A DNA stretch of 64,000 nt from Hyaloraphidium curvatum SAG 235-1 (Eukaryota > Fungi > Monoblepharomycota): assembly GCA_025558095.1 (NCBI GenBank), contig JAIVFI010000037.1:186001-250000 (forward strand). Direction: 5' to 3'. Every line of letters starts with the position of its first letter. The first letter of the stretch is position 1. The notes beneath the pieces are model-generated. The model was not told where the DNA came from and made no database searches. It saw only the letters and a list, made by a program, of their open reading frames with translations. Shown piece after piece: positions 43,241-53,850 of the stretch. The position numbers and the translations under genes were made by a program.

Positions 43241-43482
43241 GCCCTGCCGCACGTCAGCTTCGAGCCCACTCGTCCTTCTCCGGAATCATCGACGGCATCG
43301 CGGATATTGAGTCTGAGTGGCGCGGAACAGGAAGACGAGAGGGAGGCGACGCGGTCGTGTATGCGGGTCAAGCGCCCGCACGGCAAGTCAACAAAGGACG
43401 CCGAAAAGCCGACCCCCGGTCAAACTGCACCATCAGAATCAGTCAAGGGCGAAAATCAGGCGCCAAGATAGTTGTTCTTGCG

Positions 43483-44646
43483 ATGGCGCCGTCGGACGGC
43501 GGCAGTGCAACGGGAAGCCGGCGCACCGACCGCCCTTCCGACGCCCGGGAGGCGCCGGCTGTCGACCCCGCGTGGGCCGAACCGGACAAAGCCGCCGTCG
43601 TCTCCCGCTTCCCCTCGCTCATAGAGGCGTACGGCGCCGTACGGTGGGGAAAGGCGGGCCCGATGTCGGCCCTCAAGGCCGTGCGAAGCCCCCTCCCGAC
43701 CGATGACCTGGAACGGGCGCTGCACCTCGCGTCCGAGATCCTCGCAGGTCCGGGCGCCATTGCACCCCCGCCGCCGGAGCTCGTCGAGACGCTGTCCCAC
43801 TTCTTCCCCCGGGCCCGCGTGCGGTCTTGGCGGCCGCCCGCGACCCAAGCGCCGTAGGTGCTCGCCTCTGAGCTCGCAATCTCGTTCTTCCGCGCCGGGA
43901 GCACGGTCCTGAGTACGATCATCGTGGAGTTCTGCACTATGGAAGCAATAGCCGCCTTCAAAGCCGGGCTTTTCTATCCGGCCATGGTCGCGGCGGGGAT
44001 CCTCGAGCTGCTGACCAAGAGCAGCGGGCCCGTGCGAAAGCGCCTCGGAGACGATGTCGAACTACTCCTGGCAGTCATGGAGCTGGTCCTTGCCGGGCCC
44101 GCCTTCGCCACCGCGATGAACCCGACGGAAGGGGGGGACTTGATCGCTGCACACATCAGGATCTGCAGCAACGTGCTGGTGGCAGCTGTCGGCGACCACG
44201 GCAAGCCGTTCCGGGAGCACGTTCGTGCGTCAATGAGGGCGTCTCCTTCAGGTTCGCGAGAGACGCGGCTCATCCACGAATATCTGCGCATGTGCCTCGG
44301 TTACCCAGCTGCCGCAGAGGACGATCCCATGTTTAGGCACGGGCGGCTCAACTTTGAGTCGGCAGTCGGGGTCTGCAGCCTCCTGCTTGGGATCGTGAAC
44401 CAGGACAGGCTTGCTGCCATGACCGTGCCCGACGGCTCGGGCAGGTCCGTGCGCGATTTCCTCCGCCAGCGCCAACGGACGGCCGCCGAGCGAAGCGAGA
44501 CCGAGGACACTTGCGATCGGTGCGGGGCGGCTGGCAAGCTGAAGCGGTGCAGCAGGTGCGGGCTCGCAAGGCACTGTGGCTCCGCATGCCAGAAGGCGGA
44601 CTGGGCGGAGCATAGGCGGACGTGTAACAGCAGGGCGGCGAATTAG
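43483..44646 (+). CDS. MYND zinc-finger protein (probable short intron ending at 43857)
   Basis: C-terminal CDRC...LKRCSRCGLARHCGSACQKADWAEHRRTC. The TAG at 43855-43857 is probably an intron acceptor. Confidence 0.75.
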
Positions 44647-44685
44647 ACGATGTCAATCTTGCTTGATGAGACTACAGGCTCTCAA

Positions 44686-46272
44686 TCACGCAGCCGAAGG
44701 ATACGTCGGGCACACGCTGTCAACGACGATGGCGATCCCAGCCGACCTGAGCACCGACCACAGTCCGACAGCGATGGTGAACACGGCCGCCAGCACACCC
44801 CTCGCCATCCCCGGGCCGACGGCGACCCCCGCCACGCGGGCGCGGTGCCGCTCCGCCGTGCCCGCAAAGAATGCGAGCTGCGCGTCGTGCGCCGCGAGCT
44901 CCTCCAGGGCAAAGGGGCAGGCACCGCGGCGCCGGGTGGTGAGGGCGCGGTGGATCCGCGCGCGGGCGGCAACGTACAGGTCCACGATGAGGTCGATCTG
45001 CGAGTTGGCCACGGCGAGGTTGATCAGGTTCGGGAGGAGCTGGGCGAGCAAATAGAGCAGCACGATCGGCACAAAGAGCGGAAGGCAGGAACCTCCGACG
45101 GAGAGGATAATGCCGGCAGCGATGATGCCAGTGAGATGAATAGCCAAGCGGGTAAGGCTGTAGCTCACGGAAACGGCACGTGCCCGCCAGACACGAGCAA
45201 GGCGGTCATGCAGCTCCGCGTGCATGTCAGGCGCAGAAGACATCGGCTGGGTGGGTTCCAGCCCAGCCGCATGGACTGCGTCGCCGATCGAGCCGGCACA
45301 AGTCCTTCCTTCGGCGCACAAACAAGAACTTTGCACCTGACCCACCAAACGAGCGACTAGATCGTCCAAAGCGAGGCCCATCGCACGGTGCTGCAGCCTT
45401 TTTGACACCCGCAGCACAGGGGCCGAGTTGGCAAAGATGCCAAAAATGAATGATGGCGGACCCCAGATCCAGAACAGCAGCGCCATAGCGCCGATGACAG
45501 CCGACCAGCCTGTGGTCCAAAAGACCAGCCCGAAGGTGACGTACGCCGTCAACGCCGTCAGCACTGAGTATGCAAGGAAAATCAGGCAAGATTTCACGGT
45601 CGATTCAATCCAGTAGGTGGCGGCGGCTTCGGCACAAGCGCGGCCGACGCAGGAGGGGAGAGGGCAAGGGCACTCGGCGTCGCCGTCGGCATGGCGGGCT
45701 AGCGCCCCGTCGGGTTCGCGTTCGACGAGGTCCCTCCAGCGGGCGAGCACTGCCACGGGTTGCGAAGAGTAATCTCCGGTCTTGCGCGGGCTCGCGGTCA
45801 CTAACGATGTGCCGAACTTGTCGAGTACCTGGACTAGCGCGCCGGCCATGTGGACGACGAAAACGCCTGCCAGGCTTACGCCGACCTGTGCACGCGTAAA
45901 GAAGTGGCCGGCCACGGAGACTCCCCCGGGTGGGACGAAGGCAAACAGGGAGGCGACGGCAGCCGACGCCACGAAAGCGGGTAGGAATGAGCGCGTCATT
46001 ATCACGCGCCAGAACGCGAACGAAGATAGGCAGAGCGGGTAGAAGCGCACGGCCGCGCGCAGGGCCGGCCCCGGCAGCGCGGCGAGCAGCGTCGGCAGCG
46101 GGAGGGTGGGATCGATGGCACTTCCGGCGGAACCCTTTTCCGCGTCGCCCGAGTCGGCGCCGCCTGTCCGGCTGTCGTCCGCTTCATCCGCTACCGCGAC
46201 GAGACCCAGGGGCGGAGATGCCCCAGCCGGGAACAGAGCCAGCCATTCTCTCGGAGTGAACGCGAGTCCCAT
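44686..46272 (-). CDS. 7-TM membrane protein, paralog 3
   Basis: HADGDAECPCPLPSCVG, FWTTGWSA, GSCLP, and ARVAGVAVGPGMARGVLAAVFTIAVGLWSVLR...VCP. Confidence 0.75.
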   Translation of the reverse strand: MGLAFTPREWLALFPAGASPPLGLVAVADEADDSRTGGADSGDAEKGSAGSAIDPTLPLPTLLAALPGPALRAAVRFYPLCLSSFAFWRVIMTRSFLPAFVASAAVASLFAFVPPGGVSVAGHFFTRAQVGVSLAGVFVVHMAGALVQVLDKFGTSLVTASPRKTGDYSSQPVAVLARWRDLVEREPDGALARHADGDAECPCPLPSCVGRACAEAAATYWIESTVKSCLIFLAYSVLTALTAYVTFGLVFWTTGWSAVIGAMALLFWIWGPPSFIFGIFANSAPVLRVSKRLQHRAMGLALDDLVARLVGQVQSSCLCAEGRTCAGSIGDAVHAAGLEPTQPMSSAPDMHAELHDRLARVWRARAVSVSYSLTRLAIHLTGIIAAGIILSVGGSCLPLFVPIVLLYLLAQLLPNLINLAVANSQIDLIVDLYVAARARIHRALTTRRRGACPFALEELAAHDAQLAFFAGTAERHRARVAGVAVGPGMARGVLAAVFTIAVGLWSVLRSAGIAIVVDSVCPTYPSAA

Positions 46273-46482
46273 GGCCGGCACGCGGTGCCAGACGCGGGAC
46301 CGTTGCGGCTGCGGAGACTATGGTCGGCCGCCGGCGGTGCCCACACGGTTTGGGCGATCGGGGAAAGTTCGATCGTGTCTCACGGTCCGTCATCGGCGTG
46401 GGACATCAGAAGGGATCCACGCGTCGAGGACCGGACTACCATAGAAACGCCGCAAGAGAGCATGTCGTGCGCGCTGCTCTAG

Positions 46483-48129
46483 CTAATCCAGCTCAGGCAT
46501 GCCCTCCGGGCCTGCGTCGCTCTGGTCATCCCCTGCGAGGCCCTCTTGGTCGGCTTCGTCATCGTCCGAAGCAGCTTCCTCATCGTCCGTAGCCGAGCTC
46601 TGGTCCCCGCCGCCGTCAACCCCGCCATCTCCCTCCAAAAGCGATTGCGCCATCGCGTTCCACATCGCCAACAAGTCCGACTGAAGCAATTCCTCGTCTT
46701 CTTCCCCACCGTCGTCGGCAGGGGATTGGAGCATGCCGTGCAACCGCAGCAACATGTCCGGGTCCGTGCACAGCAGGCTGTCAGCCCCGAGCAGCCGCGC
46801 CCACATGACGCCCTCCCTCACCGCGGCTTCGTACCTCCGAGGGTCGCGTTCCGACGGGCGCACCCACACGCGACGGTCGCGGCCGCTGAGCGAGAGCCAC
46901 CCCGGCTTCAGGCGTGCAAAAGCGGCGAAGACCTTCCGCAGCGGAGCCGGCAGGCCCCATGGGTAGACCAGGTTGATGATCAGGCCAGCTGCAGAGCGGG
47001 GCCACCCGAGAGAAAGCAGCTCCGTCGGGAAATCGCCGACCCGGAGGTGAATGCCGGACCAATCCAGCTCCAGGAGGCGCCGGTAATCACCCGCGTGCAC
47101 CTCATCCAGCCGGCCTTTCGAGCAGAGGTAGACGTGCCTCGGCTTGAAGTTGGCACTCCTCCTCCGGAGCTCCAAGAAGTGCGCGACGGAGCCGCGGAAG
47201 CTCCCGATGAGTGGTTCTAGGCCGAGCTCCAGCACAGCAGCCATCCAACTCTTGTGGTAATGAGGAGTTTCCAGCTCCAAGGCGGTGAGCCTGGGCGCGG
47301 CGCGGTTCACGGCCTCGATCAAGCGCGCGTTCAGGTCCCCGCGCAGCGCCGCCGTTTCCAGGGCGGGCATGCCGGGCAGCGAACGAAAACTGAACCGAGG
47401 CCCGCGTACACGCCTGATCGTCAGTTCGAGGTGCCTCAGGCCGCGGAGGTCCGCCGCACAGAACGTGGCGATGTCGTCGCGGTGGAAGAAGCCGAACCGA
47501 AGTTCGCGCAGGCCGGAGTGCGCAACCGCAGCCAGCACACGGCGGCAAAGCACCCTGCTGACGTCACTTTTGTTGACGTCTGCTTCGACCGAGCGGATCC
47601 TGGTTGCCAGGCCGGCGCCCACTACGTGCTTAAGCACGCGGGCGGCTTCACGTAGTGCGTGCCGATCCGGGTCCGAGTCCAACATGCGGCCCATGAAGCT
47701 GCTCACCGAAAAGGCCGTAACCAACTCCGGCAGGGCAAGGGCGAGAGCGGCTCGGGACGCCAGCGCCAGATTCAGCAGCGCCGGCGAGCGGGGGCCCAAA
47801 AACTCAGTGATCTTGAGCAGCAGCTCGTCCGGCAGCAGCGGCGAGACCCGCGAGTCGGGGCCGCGCGCGGCGGCGGCGGCGAGGACGCGCCCGGTCAGGG
47901 GCGGCTCGGGATCCGCGGCGAGGAGCGCGTCCACGTCCAGCGGCGTGCGCCGCCACACGATTCCTCCCGCCTCGACCGGCGTGAAGTCCTCGGGCAACTC
48001 GTAGTCCGAGAAGCCTGGCGGGGACCATGTGCCGGCGCGCATGGCCTCCGCGAGGACTTTCAAGTGCGTCGCCCGGCTGCCGCCCGGTGCCGGGTCGCCG
48101 TCCACCGGAACCTCCTCATCCGAGGTCAT
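46483..48129 (-). CDS. F-box-like / LRR(RNI)-like protein
   Basis: LLPDELLLKITEFL...LLNLALASR followed by LxxLxL repeats (LRELRF, LRHLEL, LTALEL) and an acidic tail. Confidence 0.65.
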   Translation of the reverse strand: MTSDEEVPVDGDPAPGGSRATHLKVLAEAMRAGTWSPPGFSDYELPEDFTPVEAGGIVWRRTPLDVDALLAADPEPPLTGRVLAAAAARGPDSRVSPLLPDELLLKITEFLGPRSPALLNLALASRAALALALPELVTAFSVSSFMGRMLDSDPDRHALREAARVLKHVVGAGLATRIRSVEADVNKSDVSRVLCRRVLAAVAHSGLRELRFGFFHRDDIATFCAADLRGLRHLELTIRRVRGPRFSFRSLPGMPALETAALRGDLNARLIEAVNRAAPRLTALELETPHYHKSWMAAVLELGLEPLIGSFRGSVAHFLELRRRSANFKPRHVYLCSKGRLDEVHAGDYRRLLELDWSGIHLRVGDFPTELLSLGWPRSAAGLIINLVYPWGLPAPLRKVFAAFARLKPGWLSLSGRDRRVWVRPSERDPRRYEAAVREGVMWARLLGADSLLCTDPDMLLRLHGMLQSPADDGGEEDEELLQSDLLAMWNAMAQSLLEGDGGVDGGGDQSSATDDEEAASDDDEADQEGLAGDDQSDAGPEGMPELD

Positions 48130-48479
48130 CCTTCGAAGAAACCGGGCGCCGGCTGCCGTCCGCCGGTGGTTCCGTTTGGGTGTTTGGGTGATCGAGAGCA
48201 ACGAATTGATCTCGCCCTTCGGACTCTTCGGCTTCGCGTGCGGCGGATCAAAATCGGCCCTGACTCCCAGCAGATCGCGCGGCGGAGTGCCTGCTATACA
48301 GAGAATCTAGATTTTGTGTTTTCCATTCATTCCGGGGGCCGATTGCACGGCTAGACCGTCCATCGGGACCGGCCGGTGCCGCCTTCCGGCCGGCCGATCC
48401 GCAATGGACCGCGCCACCGAGATTTCAAAACCGCAGCCCACGACCCCGGCGTTCGGCCCATCAAATGCTGCAACACGCC

Positions 48480-49445
48480 ATGGTACCCTTCAGCAACCGC
48501 GTCACGGCGCTCCTGGGCGTTCCCCACCCCGTGCTGCTCGCACCCATGGCATTTGTCTCGGACGCGCGGCTCGCGTGCGCCGTCACGGCGGCCGGCGGGC
48601 TGGGCTTCCTCGGCGGCGGCTACGGCGACGCCGAGTGGCTCAACAAGGAGCTCGCGTACGCCGCCGAGCAGGGCGCGCGGGTCGGCGTGGGCTTCATCAC
48701 GTGGAGCTTGGAAAGGAACCCCGCCTTGCTCGACATCGCGCTGGCAGCCAAGCCCGCCGCGATTGCCCTCTCGTTCGGAGACCCGCGGCCGTTCGCCCCG
48801 AAGATCCGTGCCGCCGGCATCCCGTTGCTGTGCCAGGTGCAGACGCTCGACCATGCGAGGGAGGCGGCCGAGGCCGGTGCGGACGTGCTCGTAGCCCAGG
48901 GCACCGAAGCCGGTGGCCACGGCGCCTCGCTAGCACTGTTCCCTTTCCTTCCCGCCGTCGTCGACGCCTTCCCGCACATCCCCGTGATCGCAGCGGGCGG
49001 CATCGCCGACGGGCGGGGGCTGGCCGCGGCCCTGGCCCTCGGTGCCGAAGGTTGCTGGTTGGGCAGCCGCTTCTACTCGACCCTCGAGTCGCCCGCGCAC
49101 CCCGATGCAAAGAAGAGGGTGGTGGCGGCCAAGGCGGGGGACACGCTGCGCACCTCGGTGTTTGACATCTCCAGGCGGATCGCGTGGCCCGAGCCGTGGG
49201 ATCTTCGGGCCATCCGCAACACGCACTCGGACAAATGGGTCGGGAAGGAGCTAGACCTGCTGGGTAGGCCCGAGGAGGCCGACAGGTACGACGCGGCGCG
49301 GGATGCCGGCGATTTCGACGTGGCGGCCGTTATCGTCGGCGAGGCCGCGGGGCTCATCAACGACGTCCCACCCGCGGGAGAGGTCCTGAGGCGCATCGTC
49401 GACGAGGCGACGGGCGTGCTGCGGAAGCTTGCGTCGAAGCTGTAG
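48480..49445 (+). CDS. Nitronate monooxygenase / 2-nitropropane dioxygenase family, PTS1 (SKL)
   Basis: PVLLAPM, AGGLGFLG, VAQGTEAGGHG, PVIAAGGIADGRGLAAALALGAEG. Ends ASKL-TAG. Intronless. Confidence 0.92.
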   Translation: MVPFSNRVTALLGVPHPVLLAPMAFVSDARLACAVTAAGGLGFLGGGYGDAEWLNKELAYAAEQGARVGVGFITWSLERNPALLDIALAAKPAAIALSFGDPRPFAPKIRAAGIPLLCQVQTLDHAREAAEAGADVLVAQGTEAGGHGASLALFPFLPAVVDAFPHIPVIAAGGIADGRGLAAALALGAEGCWLGSRFYSTLESPAHPDAKKRVVAAKAGDTLRTSVFDISRRIAWPEPWDLRAIRNTHSDKWVGKELDLLGRPEEADRYDAARDAGDFDVAAVIVGEAAGLINDVPPAGEVLRRIVDEATGVLRKLASKL

Positions 49446-49755
49446 GCGGAGCTTCATGTTGACTCCGCTATCCAAAGCATCGCAAGCCGCATCCAAAGCC
49501 AATCCTGGTGCCGCCAGGCCCTACGTCCGGAAACAAGCATCGAAGCCAATTGCGCACGAAAACTGGCACGTCCAGACCGGAATCAGGGCCCGGCCGGGAT
49601 TTGCTGCTACACCCCGCTGACGTCAGCCTGCGGTGTTTCTGGGGCCACGCAACCGGGTCGGGCCTCCGAACGCTCTGCCTCAGCAACCTCCGCACCCTTT
49701 TTGAACCCCTTCCGCCGCATTCCCGCCGCGCATCCCACGCAGCCGACCTCCGCGA

Positions 49756-50699
49756 TGGTTCGCTTCCCCTCGCCGGCCCCGCGGGCGTCGGCTGACCCCT
49801 CCTCCGGGGGCAAACAGCAGCTGAAGGCGAACATGCAGTACGAAGTCCTCGATGGGCCGCCGCCCCCGCCGTACCAGGCGTCGTCGTCGACGGCGATGCC
49901 GATGCCCGAGCCGCGGGTCGCCGCGTACGTGCCGCCCGAGATGGCGCAGGTCGCCGTGCCGGCCGAGCACAAGAGCCCCGTGCTGCCGCCGCCGTTCCCG
50001 GTGCCCGCGCCCGAGCCGCTGCCGGACCGCGAGCCCGACACGACGCTGGCGGTGCTCTACCTCGTGGGTGGCCGCGTCGCCCGCCCCGAAAAACGGAGGG
50101 GCGCTGATTTCCTCGGTGTCGTGCAGCTGTTCCTCGACCTGCCCTGGTCCATGTTCGCATTCTGCTGGATTTGGACCACCTGGCTCGCCTCCATCATGCT
50201 CTTCATCCTCCCCATCGTCGGCATCCCGTGCGTAGCCCCGCATTCCCCCCAGCCCAGTTGCGCTGACCCCCCGGCCGCAGCTTCTTCCTGCTCTTCGCAC
50301 ACTCGTGGCGCGGCCTCGCCGTCCTCGACCTCCTCCTCACCGACGCCCTGTGCCGCACGCGCGGGCCGGTCCCCCGCGTGGCGGTGCTCAAGGAGGGCTC
50401 GTGGTGGAAGTGGTACTCTGACGCGTGGAAGGAGGGGCTGACCATGCAGAGCGTGGGGTGGAGCTTCGTCAAGGTGGGCTGGGCTCGCACGGTGGCAGCC
50501 AGCATGCAATGCGGGGTGCTGATCGCTCGTTGGGGCGCAGATGCTGTTCTCCGTGTGCACCTTTACCGCGACCGTGTTCCTCGTCTGCGTCGCGCCGCTC
50601 TTCTTCCTCGTCTGCCTTGGGCCCCGCAAGGCTTTCGCGCCCATGCGCAAGATGGTGATTGCGCACCGCAACCTGGCCAGGGGCATCATCAAGGCATGA
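49756..50699 (+). CDS. Multi-pass membrane protein with N-terminal PPxY motif and putative-sensor (PF13796-like) domain, multi-exon
   Basis: PPPPPY, then LDLPWSMFAFCWIWTTW..SIMLFILPIVGIP and further TM exons joined by short introns. Confidence 0.55.
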
Positions 50700-51029
50700 T
50701 GGGGCGGACTTTGCCGCTCGCGGCCGACCATGGACGATTCGGCCTCAATGCCCCCTCTGCCACCGCAAAAGGCTTTTGGAAAATGTTGTGCTATGTAAAA
50801 CTACCCTTCCTTCCGCGCCGGGCCATGCCGTTACGAGCAAGAAAGTGTTCCCAATACACCGTCTCACGGGCACGCCCCATCCCGCTTCCCGAACCCCCGG
50901 GAAGCCGGACCTCCCGTCCGCGCCCCACCAAGACCGCCTCAAACCGCCGTGCCCGGGCCTTACAGCCCCTCGACGCCGCCGTCTAGCTCTAACCCCCGCT
51001 CTAGCCCCCTCCCCCGGCCCACCCCGCGC

Positions 51030-51573
51030 TCACGCCCGCTGCGAGAGGAACCAGCCCGCCACGGCCAGCAGCGCCACGCCGATGGCGATGACGGGGAGCG
51101 GCGCGCCGCCCGAGCCCTCCTTCTTGGCCTTCTTGGTGCCCTCCCCGGGTGCCGCCTTGCCGATGAGGTACTTCTTCATCATCTGCCGCGCCCCGTGCCC
51201 GGAATCAGCGCCGTGTCCGACAACCGTGGCCAGGAGAGGGGACCACGCACCGACTTGGCGTCCTCCGAGTGGCCGATGTCGTCGAAGGCGTCGCTCGCCT
51301 CGGACGAGTCGCCCGACACCTCGAGCATGACCTCCTCGCCGCCCGGGTGCTGCGGCGCCGATCGGGACCGGTCAGCGGCGATCGCGCGAACGCCACGAGG
51401 GTGTTCCCACCTCGTCCAGGTATTTTGTCACGTCGTACACGTTGCCGTGGATGATCAGCTTGGGCGGGGTCAGCGGCGGGCGGGGGCGCGGGGGGGGCGG
51501 CGCGCACCCAGCACGACTTGCGGTGGTTGTTGGCGGCGATCTCCTCGCGGGAGATGGTGCGGAGCTCGGCCAT
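51030..51573 (-). CDS. CYB5: Cytochrome b5, tail-anchored, 4 exons
   Basis: SCW|LIIHGNVYDVTKYLDE|HPGGEEVM...AFDDIGHSEDAK|QMMKKYLIG plus a C-terminal TM helix. Confidence 0.92.
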
Positions 51574-51803
51574 GGCGGGAAGGCGGGCAGGAGAGAAAGA
51601 GTGCGGAGTCGTGGCGCGGTGGCGGCAAAGACCATCGCCGATCAGCGCATCCGCGGAAGGGCGCGCACCCCGCCTCCGGCGCCGACCAGCCGCATCGGTG
51701 CTCGCAGAGTCATTCTAAGCCGCACTCCGGGGGTCGCGGGAGCCGCGGCCCGCGATTCGAGGCGACCGCCGAGGTCATCCCCGCCCCGGAACGGATCGCC
51801 GAG

Positions 51804-52330
51804 ATGGCCGCCCCATCGCAGCCGGAACCGACAATGGGCCACTTCGTATCATTCGCTGGCATTGAATGGGAGTCGGACGAGGGCCACTACCCCGGAGTGC
51901 GGTGGAAAACGCTGTTCAGCTCCGACCGCACGCCGACGGGTGGGTCGCCCCTCCGGCCCCCTTTCCACACACTACGAGAGCCCTAAGGACACTATGTGCA
52001 GCTAAGATTACCCAGGGCATCTGCGAGATCCCGCCGGGAAGGACTCTGATCCTCCACCACCACGCGCAGGCGCGTTGATCGCCCGACATCAACGCCCGCC
52101 CTGACACCGGCCCCCGACAGACCGAAACATACTGGTGCCTATCGGGCAGCGCGGAGGTGCGCGTTGGGGACCTGCCGCCGCGCACGGTCAAGGCCGGCGA
52201 GGGCGTGTGGATCCCAGGCGACGCGCCCCACCGGACTCATACCCCCGCCGACGCGACCGAGCCCTTTGTCTTTCTCTACACGTTCGCGACTGACAGCTTT
52301 CTGGACGTGTGCTATCACTACGATGAGTAG
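51804..52330 (+). CDS. DddK/DddW-like cupin (DMSP lyase-like), 3 exons (introns 51940-52001 GT-AG, 52070-52120 GC-AG)
   Basis: Spliced product: ...EWESDEGHYPGVRWKTLFSSDRTPTAKITQGICEIPPGRTLILHHHAQTETYWCLSGSAEVRVGDLPPRTVKAGEGVWIPGDAPHRT...FVFLYTFATDSFLDVCYHYDE*. Alternative start at 51834. Confidence 0.8.
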
Positions 52331-52407
52331 CGCCAAAGATTCCTACAGACCCGCGGACACCTCTCTAATGTCGGCGCAACTAATTAGTCAATCGGAGTTC
52401 TACGTGT

Positions 52408-53685
52408 CTATCTGCCCGGCTCGTCCGCCGGTTGTTCTGCCCCCGGAATCCGTATCCACGGCACGTCGCCGCCCCGTTCCGCGTCCTTGATCAGGCACGA
52501 AGGGGTCCTTCCCAGCTTTTCAAGCCACCACTCGATGCTCCTGATCTGCAGGTCCGTCACCAGGTCCTCGACGACGCTCGTGAGCCGCGCTCGCGCGAGA
52601 TCGGGATCCGACGTCCGCGCGAGCACCTGCCGCACGATGGGCCCGAAGTCCACGGGATCCCCGAACGCGAGCATGAAATCGTGGCCCGGCCGCGGGATGT
52701 AGATCCGGTGCAGCGGCAGCGCCATCTCCAACCCCCTCGCGTAGACCGGGACGAACCACGGCGTCTTGCACCCGAGCCCCATGCTGGGCTCCATGAGCAT
52801 CCGCCCCACGCCCCACTTGAACCGCAGCATCCTCTGCCCCTGGTGCACCCTGCCCTCGCTGAAGATGTGGATCCACCCCCCGCGCGCCATGCGGTCCAGC
52901 GCGCGGTCGACGCCCGCCTGGTACACGCCCAGCCCGCGGACAATGGGGATGCACTGCGCCTTGGTGAAGAACCAGTCCGCGAAGCGGTTCACGAAGGCGA
53001 CCTCCTTGGCCGCGAGCGTCCAGCGCGAGTAGCGGTGCGGCATCACGGCGAAGCGGTAGGGCAGCGAGGACCAGATGACGGGGTCGTCGACCGTCGCGGC
53101 GTGGTTCGACACGGTCACGATCGGCTGGTCCCGCGGGCGGCGCTGCACGAGCCGCTCGAACGCCTTCTGGTTCCGTATCGAGACGGAGCGCGGGCCGAGG
53201 ACCGGCAGGCGGAACCAGATTTTGGTCAGGGTCATGACGATGGGCGTGAAGAGGGAGGACCAGAAGCTGAAGGGCGGGGGAGGCAGCGCGGCGGGCTGCG
53301 GATCCGGCCGGGAAGGCGCCGACAGGGCATACCGGGCGATTTCGCCCAGCCAGTCGGACCTGGCGTCCGAATCCCACTGCTGCCGCGGTGCCGAACGGGC
53401 CGAACCGCCAGGAGTTCCCGCGGTTGGTCCCAAAGAGGATCCAGCGTCCGAGAATCCCTGTCCAGATGATGCATGCGGTATCGGCCTCTGGCCCGCGGCC
53501 GTCAGGAACCGATGCCAGGCCGTGGTCCGCTGGGAATCGTACACCCGCGTCCGGAGGAGCGCAAGCCGTGTCCGCAGCCGCGTGGGCCTCAGGGACGCCG
53601 CACGGGGCGCGGACCACGGCAGCCGAGTTTGCAGAGAGTCCAAGAACGCGGCAGAGAGCTGCGCCGCGTGCGATGGCCCGCGCAT
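52408..53685 (-). CDS. TAZ1: Tafazzin (cardiolipin transacylase)
   Basis: VTVSNHAATVDDPVIW, RWTLAAKE, IPIVRGLGVYQ, WIHIFSEGRV, LRFKWGVGR. Confidence 0.92.
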   Translation of the reverse strand: MRGPSHAAQLSAAFLDSLQTRLPWSAPRAASLRPTRLRTRLALLRTRVYDSQRTTAWHRFLTAAGQRPIPHASSGQGFSDAGSSLGPTAGTPGGSARSAPRQQWDSDARSDWLGEIARYALSAPSRPDPQPAALPPPPFSFWSSLFTPIVMTLTKIWFRLPVLGPRSVSIRNQKAFERLVQRRPRDQPIVTVSNHAATVDDPVIWSSLPYRFAVMPHRYSRWTLAAKEVAFVNRFADWFFTKAQCIPIVRGLGVYQAGVDRALDRMARGGWIHIFSEGRVHQGQRMLRFKWGVGRMLMEPSMGLGCKTPWFVPVYARGLEMALPLHRIYIPRPGHDFMLAFGDPVDFGPIVRQVLARTSDPDLARARLTSVVEDLVTDLQIRSIEWWLEKLGRTPSCLIKDAERGGDVPWIRIPGAEQPADEPGR

Positions 53686-53850
53686 TCTGACATGTCAAGT
53701 TTGGTTGTGAGCCGTTGTCGGCTGATAGCCTCAACATCACGCCTCGCACACGAGGGGCGGTCGCCCGCATCAGCCCGAGACTTGAAGACCATACATTACA
53801 TGAATACACGGCAGAGCTACAGTCTAAGATCTGTCTAGTGTTCGGCGGTT

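Noticed and set aside
43855-43857. A fifth in-frame TAG, in the MYND gene
   Set aside because: It is better explained as the acceptor of a 39-45 nt in-frame intron.
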